A stretch of DNA of 51,417 nucleotides from Priapulus caudatus (lineage: Eukaryota), in NCBI RefSeq assembly GCF_000485595.1, contig NW_014577066.1:1-51417 (forward strand). Direction: 5' to 3'. The notes below the pieces were generated by a model. That model was not told the DNA's origin. It did no database searches and saw nothing but the letters and a program-made list of their open reading frames with translations. The translations under genes and the position numbers were made by a program. The first letter of the stretch is position 1. Every line of letters begins with the position of its first letter. Below, one piece after another: positions 12,001 through 21,300 of this stretch.

Positions 12001-15000
12001 GCTGCATTCTCTCTCACACACGGACGTGCGCATCGAGCCACTCCTCCCTCTCTCGCACAACGTCGTGCGCAATCTAGCACATCTCTCCCTCTCTCGTGAC
12101 ATCTCTCTACACACACGCGTCAGCTATCGAGCACTCTGCCCTCTCTCGCTGATCTCTCTCGCACACTGCGTGCGCTTCGAGCACCTTCTCTCGCTGCATC
12201 TCTCTCACACACGCGTGCGCAATCGAGCACTCTCTCCCTCTCTCGCTGCATCTCTCTCACACACGCGTGCGCAATCGAGCACTCTCTCCCTCTCTCGCTG
12301 CATCTCTCTCACACACGCGTGCGCTATCGAGCACTCTCTCCCTCTCTCGCTGCATCTCTCTCACACGCGCGTGTGCGCTAGCTAGCACTCTCTCCTTCTC
12401 TCGCTGCATCTCTCTCACACGCGCGTGCACAATCGAGCACTCTCTCCCTCTCTCGCTGCATCTCTCTCACACGTGCTGTGCCACATCTAGGCACATCTCT
12501 CCCTCTCTTGCGCTGCACTTCTCCGCACGGAGCGTGCGCTATCTCACGCCTCTCTCCCTCTCTCGCTGCATTCTCTGCTCGGTTTCCACGTCAGTTGCTC
12601 ATTCTATTAACGCGATCATTTTATTATTGAAACGCACTGGCGCAATCTAGCCCTCTCTCCCTCTCTCGCTGCATCTCTCTCACACACGCGTGCGCAATCT
12701 AGCCCTCTCTCCCTCTCTCGCTGCATCTCTCTCGCACGCGCGTGCGCAATCGAGCACTCTCTCCCTCTCTCGCTGCATCTCTCTCACACACGCGTGCGCT
12801 ATCGAGCACTCTCTCCCTCTCTCGCTGCATCTCTCTCACACGCGTGCGCAATCTAGCCCTTTCTCCCTCTCTCGCTNNNNNNNNNNNNNNNNNNNNNNNN
12901 NNNNNNNNNNNNNNNNNNNNNNNNNNNNNNNNNNNNNNNNNNNNNNNNNNNNNNNNNNNNNNNNNNNNNNNNNNNNNNNNNNNNNNNNNNNNNNNNNNNN
13001 NNNNNNNNNNNNNNNNNNNNNNNNNNNNNNNNNNNNNNNNNNNNNNNNNNNNNNNNNNNNNNNNNNNNNNNNNNNNNNNNNNNNNNNNNNNNNNNNNNNN
13101 NNNNNNNNNNNNNNNNNNNNNNNNNNNNNNNNNNNNNNNNNNNNNNNNNNNNNNNNNNNNNNNNNNNNNNNNNNNNNNNNNNNNNNNNNNNNNNNNNNNN
13201 NNNNNNNNNNNNNNNNNNNNNNNNNNNNNNNNNNNNNNNNNNNNNNNNNNNNNNNNNNNNNNNNNNNNNNNNNNNNNNNNNNNNNNNNNNNNNNNNNNNN
13301 NNNNNNNNNNNNNNNNNNNNNNNNNNNNNNNNNNNNNNNNNNNNNNNNNNNNNNNNNNNNNNNNNNNNNNNNNNNNNNNNNNNNNNNNNNNNNNNNNNNN
13401 NNNNNNNNNNNNNNNNNNNNNNNNNNNNNNNNNNNNNNNNNNNNNNNNNNNNNNNNNNNNNNNNNNNNNNNNNNNNNNNNNNNNNNNNNNNNNNNNNNNN
13501 NNNNNNNNNNNNNNNNNNNNNNNNNNNNNNNNNNNNNNNNNNNNNNNNNNNNNNNNNNNNNNNNNNNNNNNNNNNNNNNNNNNNNNNNNNNNNNNNNNNN
13601 NNNNNNNNNNNNNNNNNNNNNNNNNNNNNNNNNNNNNNNNNNNNNNNNNNNNNNNNNNNNNNNNNNNNNNNNNNNNNNNNCCTCTCTCGCTGCATCTCTC
13701 TCACACACGCGTGCGCAATCGAGCCATCTCTCCCTCTCTCGCTGCATCTCTCTCGCACGCGCGTGCGCAATCGAGCCTTCTCTCCCTCTGTCCCTCTCTC
13801 TCTGCATCTCTCTCACACGCGCGTGCGCCATCGAGCACTGTCTTCCTCTCTCGCTGCATCTTTCTCGCACGCGTGCGCAATCAAGCACTCTCTCGCTCTC
13901 TCGCTGCATCTCTTTCGGAGAGTACGTGAGTGAGCGATCGTGTGCGAGAGAGATGCAGCGAGAGAGAGAGAGAGAGAGTACGTGAGTGAGCGATCGTGTG
14001 CGTGTGCAAGAGAGATGCAGCGATACTCTCTCTCTCTCTCTCTCTCGCTGCATCTCTCTCGCACACGATCGCTCACTCACGTACTCTCTCCCTCTCTCTC
14101 TCGCTGTAGACATCGACGGCAAGCGGCTGGACTTTGCACAGCAGCTGGGAGCCAACCACACCGTTCTCGTGCAGTCCGACGGCCAGCCGGCGACGCAGCA
14201 GGTGGAGGCAGCGTTCGGCGACAGGCCTGACATCTCGATCGAGTGCAGCGGCGCCGAGTCCAGCATCCGACTCGCCATCTACGTAAGCAGCCGGCGCGGT
14301 CGCCGTGACGCCTGCCTGGCACCGGGAGACTCCCGCTAGACCCCCAGCGAGAGAGTAGTAGAGTTGCGCACGTGAAAACGGTCACCCCTTTACAGAGCGG
14401 CCACCTTTCCACAGAGGTCAATTTTGGCGGTTTCCCTGTGACAGGAATTAATTTTTGTGAAACTTCCTCGGCAAGATAGCCACTTTTTTTTTATAAAGGC
14501 CACTTTTGAGATTTTTCTTGACTGGATGTTATATACAGGTTTGGCTATGTATTTTGTCGATTTGCACAATCGTAAAACTCTGGCAGTCGCAGCGGGTAGC
14601 ATGGCTTGGTATCTCTTGGTGGAGACAATGCAGTGAATGCTAAGGGCGTGTGAGCATTGTTTTCACGTGTGCAATTGCATCGTTGAAATTAATTTAGACT
14701 AGTTTAATTTGTATTAAAAGAAATGCAAGGGAAACAAAACGCGAACTACTAACCCTGGTAATGGTCAGATGCATTCAATCACAGGAAATCCGGGAGTGTC
14801 CGGGAAATTCTTAATTCAGATAAATACTAGATGGATGTTACATTCGCGTAGTCATGATGCTAGTTGATATTTGATTATTTCATGAAGGTTTTAAAGCACT
14901 ATTCTCTTATTAACACACATGACTGTTGCAGACTATGTACTCGTGTGTCTGCCCCTGCTAAGCTACCACTAGAGGGCGGTGAACGTTGTGTGTGTGTATG

Positions 15001-15640
15001 TATAATGTAACCCGTGTGTCCGCCCCGCTAGGCCACCACTAGAGGGCGGTGAACGTTGTGCGTGTATGTATAATGTAACTCGTGTGTCCGCCCCGCTAGG
15101 CTACCACTAGAGGGCGGTGAACGTTGTGCGTGTATGTATAATGTATAATGTAACCCTTGTGTCCGCCCCGCTAGGCCACAAAGTCTGGCGGCACGGTGGT
15201 CCTCGTTGGACTGGGAGCTCCGGACGTGATGCTGCCCATCGTCAATGCCTCGACGAGGGAGGTGGACATACGCGGAATATTCCGCTACGCCAACTGGTGA
15301 GTCGGGACGGCGCCTCCTGCCGTCACAATCTCGGCCTGCAATAACGCCACTCGTAGCATGTCGGCGGACACGATTCCGAACTGAGAGTGCCTGAGAGCAC
15401 CTAAATGGCAGATCGCGTTGAAGTCGGTGCGCGTACGCGGGAGCGATGTGTGGCGACGGTGAAGCCACGTGTGTGTTTTTCCGCTGCAGCTACCCGACCG
15501 CCCTCGACATGGTCGCCTCGGGCCAGGTGAACGCGAAGGCTCTCATCACCCATCACTTCACGCTTGCAGAGTCGATCAACGCGTTTGAGGCGGCGCACGC
15601 CGGCGCCGGCATCAAGGTGATGATACACTGCGAGCAGTAG
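3243..15640 (+). CDS. SORD: Sorbitol dehydrogenase (zinc-dependent MDR family), gene span of exons 2-9
   Basis: Exons 3243-3276, 8747-8911, 9102-9263, 9530-9649, 10183-10246, 14110-14282, 15175-15296, 15490-15640, all GT-AG. Motifs: [26 protein letters not shown], CxxCxxC(7)[24 protein letters not shown]. About 346 aa including exon 1, after correcting indels in exons 4-6. Confidence 0.95.
3578..5257. mobile_element. Non-autonomous TIR element, CAGTG termini, 5-bp TSD
   Basis: CAGTGCTCAAATAAG...CTTATTTCGAGCACTG; ACAGG at 3573-3577 and 5258-5262; GGTTGTCC/GGACAACC subterminal repeats. Confidence 0.8.
4703..5137. mobile_element. hAT-type MITE nested in 3578-5257
   Basis: CAGTGGCGTAG...CTACGCTACTG; 8-bp TSD tttttggg / tttttgag. 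Confidence 0.75.
5469..7950. other. Probable assembly artefact: inverted block plus noisy direct duplicate
   Basis: 5469-6049 is the reverse complement of about 7950-8474; a single n sits at 6050; 6051-7950 repeats 3634-5400 with scattered 1-nt indels. Confidence 0.75.
7790..8420. repeat. About 34-38-bp minisatellite in SORD intron 2 (gttcacatgcactctcactgtggcatttacaggt); also at 3485-3577 and 5258-5400
   Basis: Tandem units visible; the array is interrupted by the 3578-5257 element. Confidence 0.85.
8747..8911 (+). CDS. SORD: SORD exon 3 (catalytic Zn ligands, GICGSD and GHE)
   Basis: ttgtAG acceptor, [42 protein letters not shown], donor GTGAGG; 165 nt. Confidence 0.96.
9102..9263 (+). CDS. 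SORD: SORD exon 4, with apparent frameshifting indels
   Basis: [53 protein letters not shown] is recovered after restoring one G at the acceptor and removing extra bases near 9125, 9137 and 9200. Confidence 0.9.
9530..9649 (+). CDS. SORD: SORD exon 5, one extra T near 9584
   Basis: [39 protein letters not shown]; ggcAG acceptor, GTAGGT donor. Confidence 0.92.
10183..10246 (+). CDS. SORD: SORD exon 6, about 2 nt missing
   Basis: [22 protein letters not shown] after correcting two deletions; ttgcAG acceptor, GTAAGG donor. Confidence 0.88.
10800..13915. repeat. 52-bp pyrimidine-rich minisatellite in SORD intron 6
   Basis: Unit aatcgagcactctctccctctctcgctgcatctctctcacacacgcgtgcgc (period 12221 to 12273); the left part is indel-noisy; spans the N gap. 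Confidence 0.92.
12877..13680. other. Assembly gap (804 N)
   Basis: Run of n. Confidence 1.
14110..14282 (+). CDS. SORD: SORD exon 7
   Basis: [15 protein letters not shown]...[19 protein letters not shown]; ctgtAG acceptor, GTAAGC donor. Confidence 0.95.
14360..14551. mobile_element. Degraded Tc1/mariner (pogo/Tigger-like) MITE
   Basis: Repeated cggtcacc/cggccacc/ggccact motifs and the end atatacaggtttggctatgta resemble CAGTCAAACCTG-type MITEs; left TIR is not clean. Confidence 0.35.
14941..15179 (+). repeat. About 70-bp tandem repeat (3.4 units) overlapping the SORD exon 8 acceptor
   Basis: Unit cgtgtgtccgccccgctaggc(c/t)accactagagggcggtgaacgttgtgcgtgtatgtataatgtaac. Confidence 0.9.
15175..15296 (+). 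CDS. SORD: SORD exon 8
   Basis: [40 protein letters not shown]; 122 nt; GTGAGT donor. Confidence 0.95.
15490..15640 (+). CDS. SORD: SORD exon 9 (terminal)
   Basis: [49 protein letters not shown] then TAG. Confidence 0.95.
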
Positions 15641-15705
15641 ATCGCCCCACGACGCACGCGCCGGATCTGCGCCGTTCCACGGAGAGGAGGCGGATAGGGG
15701 GCGGT

Positions 15706-15970
15706 GATGGTGCAGAGAGTGGAGAGGGGGTGGAGAGAGGGTGCAGAGAAGAGGAGTGGAGAGGGTGCAGAGATGGTGCAGAGAAGAGGAGTGGAGAGGG
15801 TGCGGAGATGGTGCAGAGAAGAAGAGTGGAGAGGGTGCAGAGATGGTGCAGAGATGGTGCAGAGAAGACGAGTGGAGAGGGTGCGGAGATGGTGCAGAGA
15901 AGAGGAGTGAAGAGGGTGCGGAGATGGTGCAGAGAAGGGCGGAGAGGGGGAGTAGAGAGGGCAGAGAGGG
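15706..15970. repeat. 35-bp purine-rich minisatellite downstream of the SORD stop
   Basis: Unit gtgcagagaagaggagtggagagggtgc(a/g)gagatg. Confidence 0.9.
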
Positions 15971-16034
15971 GCGGGGCTGAGTAGCGAGACGAGAATTTTT
16001 TGCGAGTGGTTGGCGGGAGGAGCCATCGATGATG

Positions 16035-16189
16035 ACACGTGCGGGGAAGCAGAGCGCTGGACACGCGCGGGGAAGCAGAGCGCTGGACACGCGCGGGGAA
16101 GCAGAGCGCTGGACACGCGCGGGGAAGCAGAGCGCTGGACACGCGCGGGGAAGCAGAGCGCTGGACACGCGCGGGGAAGCAGAGCGCTG
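16035..16189. repeat. 26-bp minisatellite, about 6 copies
   Basis: Unit acacgcgcggggaagcagagcgctgg. Confidence 0.92.
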
Positions 16190-16944
16190 ACCGCACGTCG
16201 TCGAATCGCATTTTGTTTCTTCTAAAATAGGCGAGTGTTTTGGGGAAAAAAACACGTTTGCATCGTTTACAGCAGTGTGTTCGTTGCGTTTGTCAAACAA
16301 GCGGTTAAATGCCACGTGAACTGCACGTTTTCCAACAGAAAATGCGCTTCTGGTTAAAGGTCTATTGGTGGATCATTACTGATTAGTAGATGTTATTAAA
16401 CGTAATGTGCATGAACGGGAATTTCTCACTTACATAACAATGATGACACTTCATGTCAAATTGTAATCGCTACGATTCGATTTCAGTGTAATTCCATTAA
16501 TGTATTTCATGAATAACGGGTATTTACTTGCATCGAACAGTCGAAATTAAATCGTGCGATGTTGTAGCTTGTCATCAAGCTTTATAAGAGTGATTTTTAT
16601 ACACATAGTTTAATATTTTGATTATAAAAGTCTAAAAAGCCATCTCTAGAAATAAGTAGATTTGCGATATTCCCAGCCTCCTGCACTGTTAACTCTTTCC
16701 TTGTTGAGCCTGATATATGTACGTTTGCTACAGGATGCTTTGTTCAGTTAGAACAACAGTTATAACACAGACGGAATATCAGGCTTCATGCAACTAGGCA
16801 GGTCACTTGTGTTTCGTCAAATCATGCTTATATAGTTTGTTCTCAGTGAAAGTACATCTATCTATCTATATATCTATATGTATTTATGTATTGTATCTCA
16901 TTCCATTATTGCTGCGTATATTTATAGTATGGTGTGCCCCCGAG

Positions 16945-17192
16945 TTACATATGTCCTAATTTTCGAACAGCAATCCCTGATTGATTTACGATTACGATTT
17001 GATTACTTGACAAATACTCCTACAAACTGCGACCCACACATATGAACCAAACTGCTTCTCGAACAAATGGAGTTCCTTGATGGGCAAATTCAACATGAGA
17101 ACCAAAAATTTGCAACCGCTAATGTTTGTAACCCAGTACTTAAAAAATGGAAACATAACTGGTATCTTCTTTGTTGATTTTTGTAAGGATTA
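16945..17192 (+). mobile_element. Highly decayed LINE (CR1/L2-like) reverse transcriptase fragment
   Basis: Patches LRPTHMNQTA and NGNITGIFFVDFCKDY resemble the FRxxHSCQTAL and G.VF.DFxKAFD RT motifs in the expected order; no intact ORF. Confidence 0.45.
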
Positions 17193-17851
17193 TCGCAGAT
17201 TTATTGTGCCAGTATAATTAATTTAGAACACGTTTATCCTAACAATATAAATGTTTTATTGTTAGTAGTAGTCATATTAGTAAGGTGTAACACCTGTTAT
17301 CGGTAATCAGTAATCTTAGATGAGGGTGAATCTTTCCTGTTCTACTGTACATGGACTAGACGAACCTTGGGACCCCGTGAATCGTGTAAGTTGGATTGTT
17401 TTCGTTAGAACATATCATGTTGTCTGTTAAGTGTGATATAGTCTCGGTGTTTGATGTTCAGCAAGTTGTGTTTTCCATACTTCAATTAAAATAGCATCTG
17501 TGTATCTGTAGAGTCGTTGATAAATAAGTTGAGTGTTGAAAGTAATACATTAGAGTTGTGGATCATGATAAATGTTAGGATTTTAGGGTGAAATTTGCTT
17601 TAAAGGAACATGGAAAATGGTCGTTTTATTGGCAAATATTAGCGTAACTGAGCTTTGAATCATGTGAACTAAGGTACACTGGACCAGTGAGGGTAAAGCG
17701 ATGGGCTGCAAGTTCTCTAAGAGATAGCGTTTAATCTAATAATATCCATAAATGATGACTGTGTGAAAAATATGGTATATAGTTGTATGTTGTTCGATTT
17801 GTGTATATTGAGAATATGACAAGTATCATTAGCACTTGGGATGGTATCAGC

Positions 17852-17857
17852 TTTATT
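17852..17857 (-). terminator. Candidate DET1 polyadenylation signal AATAAA
   Basis: tttatt on + about 340 nt downstream of the DET1 stop, after an AT-rich 3' UTR. Confidence 0.5.
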
Positions 17858-18011
17858 AAAAAGCTTGGCATAACTGACAAAATATAATTATTTACAAATT
17901 TAAAACATTAACAAAATATATTCTTTGTATATTTGTACCATATACATGAGCATGTCTGTCAAGTAGTGTTAAATTACAAGCAATGTCCTAGTCAGAGCAG
18001 CACCCATAGAT

Positions 18012-18206
18012 TGATGATATCACTAGTTGACACAGTGCACATGGATCGATGAGGTCACCAGTCGACGCGGTGCACGTGAATTAATAATGTCACTAGTCGA
18101 CTCGGTGCATGTTGATCGATGTCACTAGAGGACACTGCACGTGGAGTGATGACATCACTAGTATTCGTGGTGCGCGTGGAGTGATGATATCACTAGTCGA
18201 CGCGGT
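18012..18206. repeat. About 35-bp degenerate minisatellite (6 units) overlapping the DET1 stop codon
   Basis: tcac(t/c)ag cores at 18020, 18055, 18090, 18122, 18155 and 18190. Confidence 0.8.
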
Positions 18207-18385
18207 AGTGGCGGATGTGGAAGTTGACGACGTACTCTGCGTTTGTGCGCTGCACGCTGATGGCAAACGGGTCGTGCGGATGGAACGTGAAAGCGACGAG
18301 GCGGCGTGCGGTAGGGGGTGCGTTCCTGCCCAGCACCCCCGCGTGGATCTTGAACTTCAGCAGACCCGAGTCTCGCGCGTAGAAC
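18193..18385 (-). CDS. DET1: DET1 exon 11 (terminal)
   Basis: [16 protein letters not shown]...[37 protein letters not shown] then TAG. Confidence 0.96.
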
Positions 18386-21300
18386 CTGCGAGAGGCAAAG
18401 CAATCGATAGCACGGCCCAGGTTTTACCAATACCCCACGTGTATCATCGAAACGTTTGCATGCACATGACCAAAGTGACCATGAGCAAACAAGATGAGTC
18501 GACTAAACCAACTATATTGCTTATTTCTTAACACTAACTTATATATAGAATGATACAAACTGGGAACCAACGTTTTTGCACACGTTTTTGTGCACCCATC
18601 CTACATGAAAAACAGTTCCTAGAAGGAAAAACACATGAACTAACTAGGTATATATATCCAGTCTTCATGAAAAACTTTTTGAGCCACGTGCCCTTCGGGC
18701 AAGTAATCTGTAAAATGTACATGCCCGAATGACATTTTAGTTGCCGATACATTTTGCAGGAATATTTTTGGACAGTGACAGTTGACAAGTGTACACCAGA
18801 CAACTTCTAGACGCCATTCGTTTCCGGTGTTAACATTTCGTGACTTTAAATTAAAAACCATTAGTTAATGGCCAGTTTCATTATATTTTATGTGCTTTTA
18901 AAGCAGGAGCCCGTCGGGCAAGTAAGATTGCAATGTTAACATGCCCGCCGAGATTTCGAAACGTCTCGGTCATCGGACGCCCGGCTAAAGTCGAAGACTT
19001 TATCTACACAGTCGGTGGTGAGCATATGAAGTCTGCCGTCGGGCGCACCTGATCGGGTGATCGCCGCAGCCTTTGGGTCGCTCCATGACCGACACCCACT
19101 TGTCGTCGTAGCTGAACAGTGATAGGTCGAGGTAGGGGCTGCTGCTGTACGACTGTGAGCTGATGGGAAGCTGAGCGAGCAGACGCCGTATCGCCTCCGT
19201 CTGCCCGCCAAACTTCGCATTGATGATCGTCTGCTTGAACCTGGCAGGAGAACACCGAGGGTTAATATAGCAATTAATGTTAATATATTACTTAATATAA
19301 TAATACTGGTTTATATTCATAAATTATAATAATATAATTAATACTAATAGTAATATTCTTTAGATTAATTACATGTTGGAGCAGCATTCAGTACCAGAAA
19401 TGCTGTTAACTGCAATAAAGTGGGGAGAAATAACCATGTTCCGGTGCAGACATGCCAGAAGTTGGAAACACTGCGAAAAAATATGAGGGAGGTGTTTTGG
19501 TTCACAGAAATTTTAATGTGATTATATTCATTAGATTGTGTTACGAATGAAATTAGTTATCTTCACATCGCTTCCTACTAGCTCAAAAACGAGTCTGAAC
19601 ACTCTTTATTATGTAAGGACAGGAGTGCAAATATAAAGAGCAAAGTTAAAGCCCGTGCACGTGGCACCTCGTGCACTGTGTGCACGCAGCAGTGTCCCTG
19701 AAGTGGGTGCCCCCCTGTACCCTGTGCATGACACCTGGACACTGTAGTTGTATGACAGATGTGAAGATATTTGACGACATGCAGGAGACTGCCTGCACTG
19801 TGGTGGCACCCCCTTTGCGTGGCATTTTTGATATCACTGACTACACGCAAAAGGCTGTGTACGCCATGGTCCCATCTGCCCCTGTGTAAACAGCACTGCA
19901 CCATCCTCGGTACCCCCCCCCCACCACGCCCGTGCCCGCCAGTGCCTGCGTGCGCGCCTCACCGTTGCTGTATGACGCGCGCGTGGATGTTGGACGACGC
20001 CGACGACGTGCAGAAGGCCGCGTGCAGCGACGCGTTGCGGAACATGTCGCTGAAGTTCTCGAACAGCTCGAGCAGACGCTCGGACGTGTTCTCGTAGACG
20101 CCTACGACGCGCGTGGTCGCCATGTTGTAGACGACGAAGAAGGACGGCTGTGAGTTCGGGTCGGCCGTGCGCAGCGTCACGACGTCCTCGCTGCCGTACT
20201 TGATCAGCAGGTGACTCTCATCTGTCAATGCACGCGCGGCCGGTGACGTCACATACTGGTGACCGGGTAGTGGCGATAGAATACTGGTGACATAGTAGTG
20301 GTGACATAGTAGAGGTGACACAGTAGTGGTGACAGAGTACTGGTGGCAGAGTACTAGTGGCGACACAGTACTGGTGACAGAGTAGTGGTGACACAGTACT
20401 GGTGACAGAGTAGTGGTGACACAGTACTGGTGACAGAGTACTGGTGACAGAGTACTGGTGACAGTACTAGTGACAGAGTACTGGTAATAGAGTATTGGTG
20501 ACAGAGTACTGGTGACAGAGTACTGATGACACAGTACTGGTGACAGAGTAACGGTGACAGAGTACTTGTGACAGAGTACTTGTGACACAGTACTGGTGAC
20601 AGAGTACTTGTGTCTGTGACACAGTACTGGTGATACAGTACCAGTAACGTAGTAGTGGCAACAGAATACTGATGATAGAGTATTGGTGACAGAATACTGG
20701 TGAAAGACTGTTGGTGGTCAAATACTAGTGACAAGACTGGTGACAGTGCTTGTGAAAAAGTCCTGATAACACTGTGTATTTATTAGTGCCAGAGTACTGG
20801 TCAGAGAATACGGGTGACAAGAATACTGAATAATTTTAAAATTGCAGGATTTTGGCAGAATGTCCTATAACCATATGAACGCTGCATACGCACCAAGCAG
20901 CTGCATCTTCCACATGCGCAGGTTGCGAAACTGATCAAAGTGCTGGAAGAATCGCCGCAACTCAGACGGTTCACCCGTCGCCTGCGAGCGCCGGTACAGG
21001 TGCACCAGCAGCCGGTGCTTCAAGCAGTTTATCGTCGCCTCCCTGTAGAACATAGAGAGAGAAAGGAAATGTTGAGAGTGGGGGAAATCGACCCTTACAC
21101 ACCCTACAATATCATCAGGGGTGATAAATGACAAATTATGATGTATAACGATTATAAATACTTAATGATTGTCATTGATTGATATATTAGATATATTATG
21201 ATTTGTAATTATTCACCCCTGATATCATCCATGCGGTTATAGCCTTCAGTATATGTATATAAGTGCGTGTGTAGGCGTCAGCATGTGTGCTTATACACGT

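Noticed and set aside
10257..14278. Long ORFs (606, 287, 431, 395, 480 aa)
   Set aside because: They are translations of the stop-poor 52-bp satellite, low-complexity sequence and the N gap, inside SORD intron 6.
15401..16315. 187-304 aa ORFs on -
   Set aside because: Antisense to SORD exon 9 plus two minisatellites.
18659..19000. Possible hAT MITE in DET1 intron 10 (repeated cgggcaagtaa...catgcccg)
   Set aside because: Repeat-like, but I could not resolve convincing termini or a TSD.
20222..20734. VLCHQYSVT repeat extension of the DET1 exon 9 ORF
   Set aside because: Intronic 14-bp minisatellite; the real acceptor is at 20223-20222.
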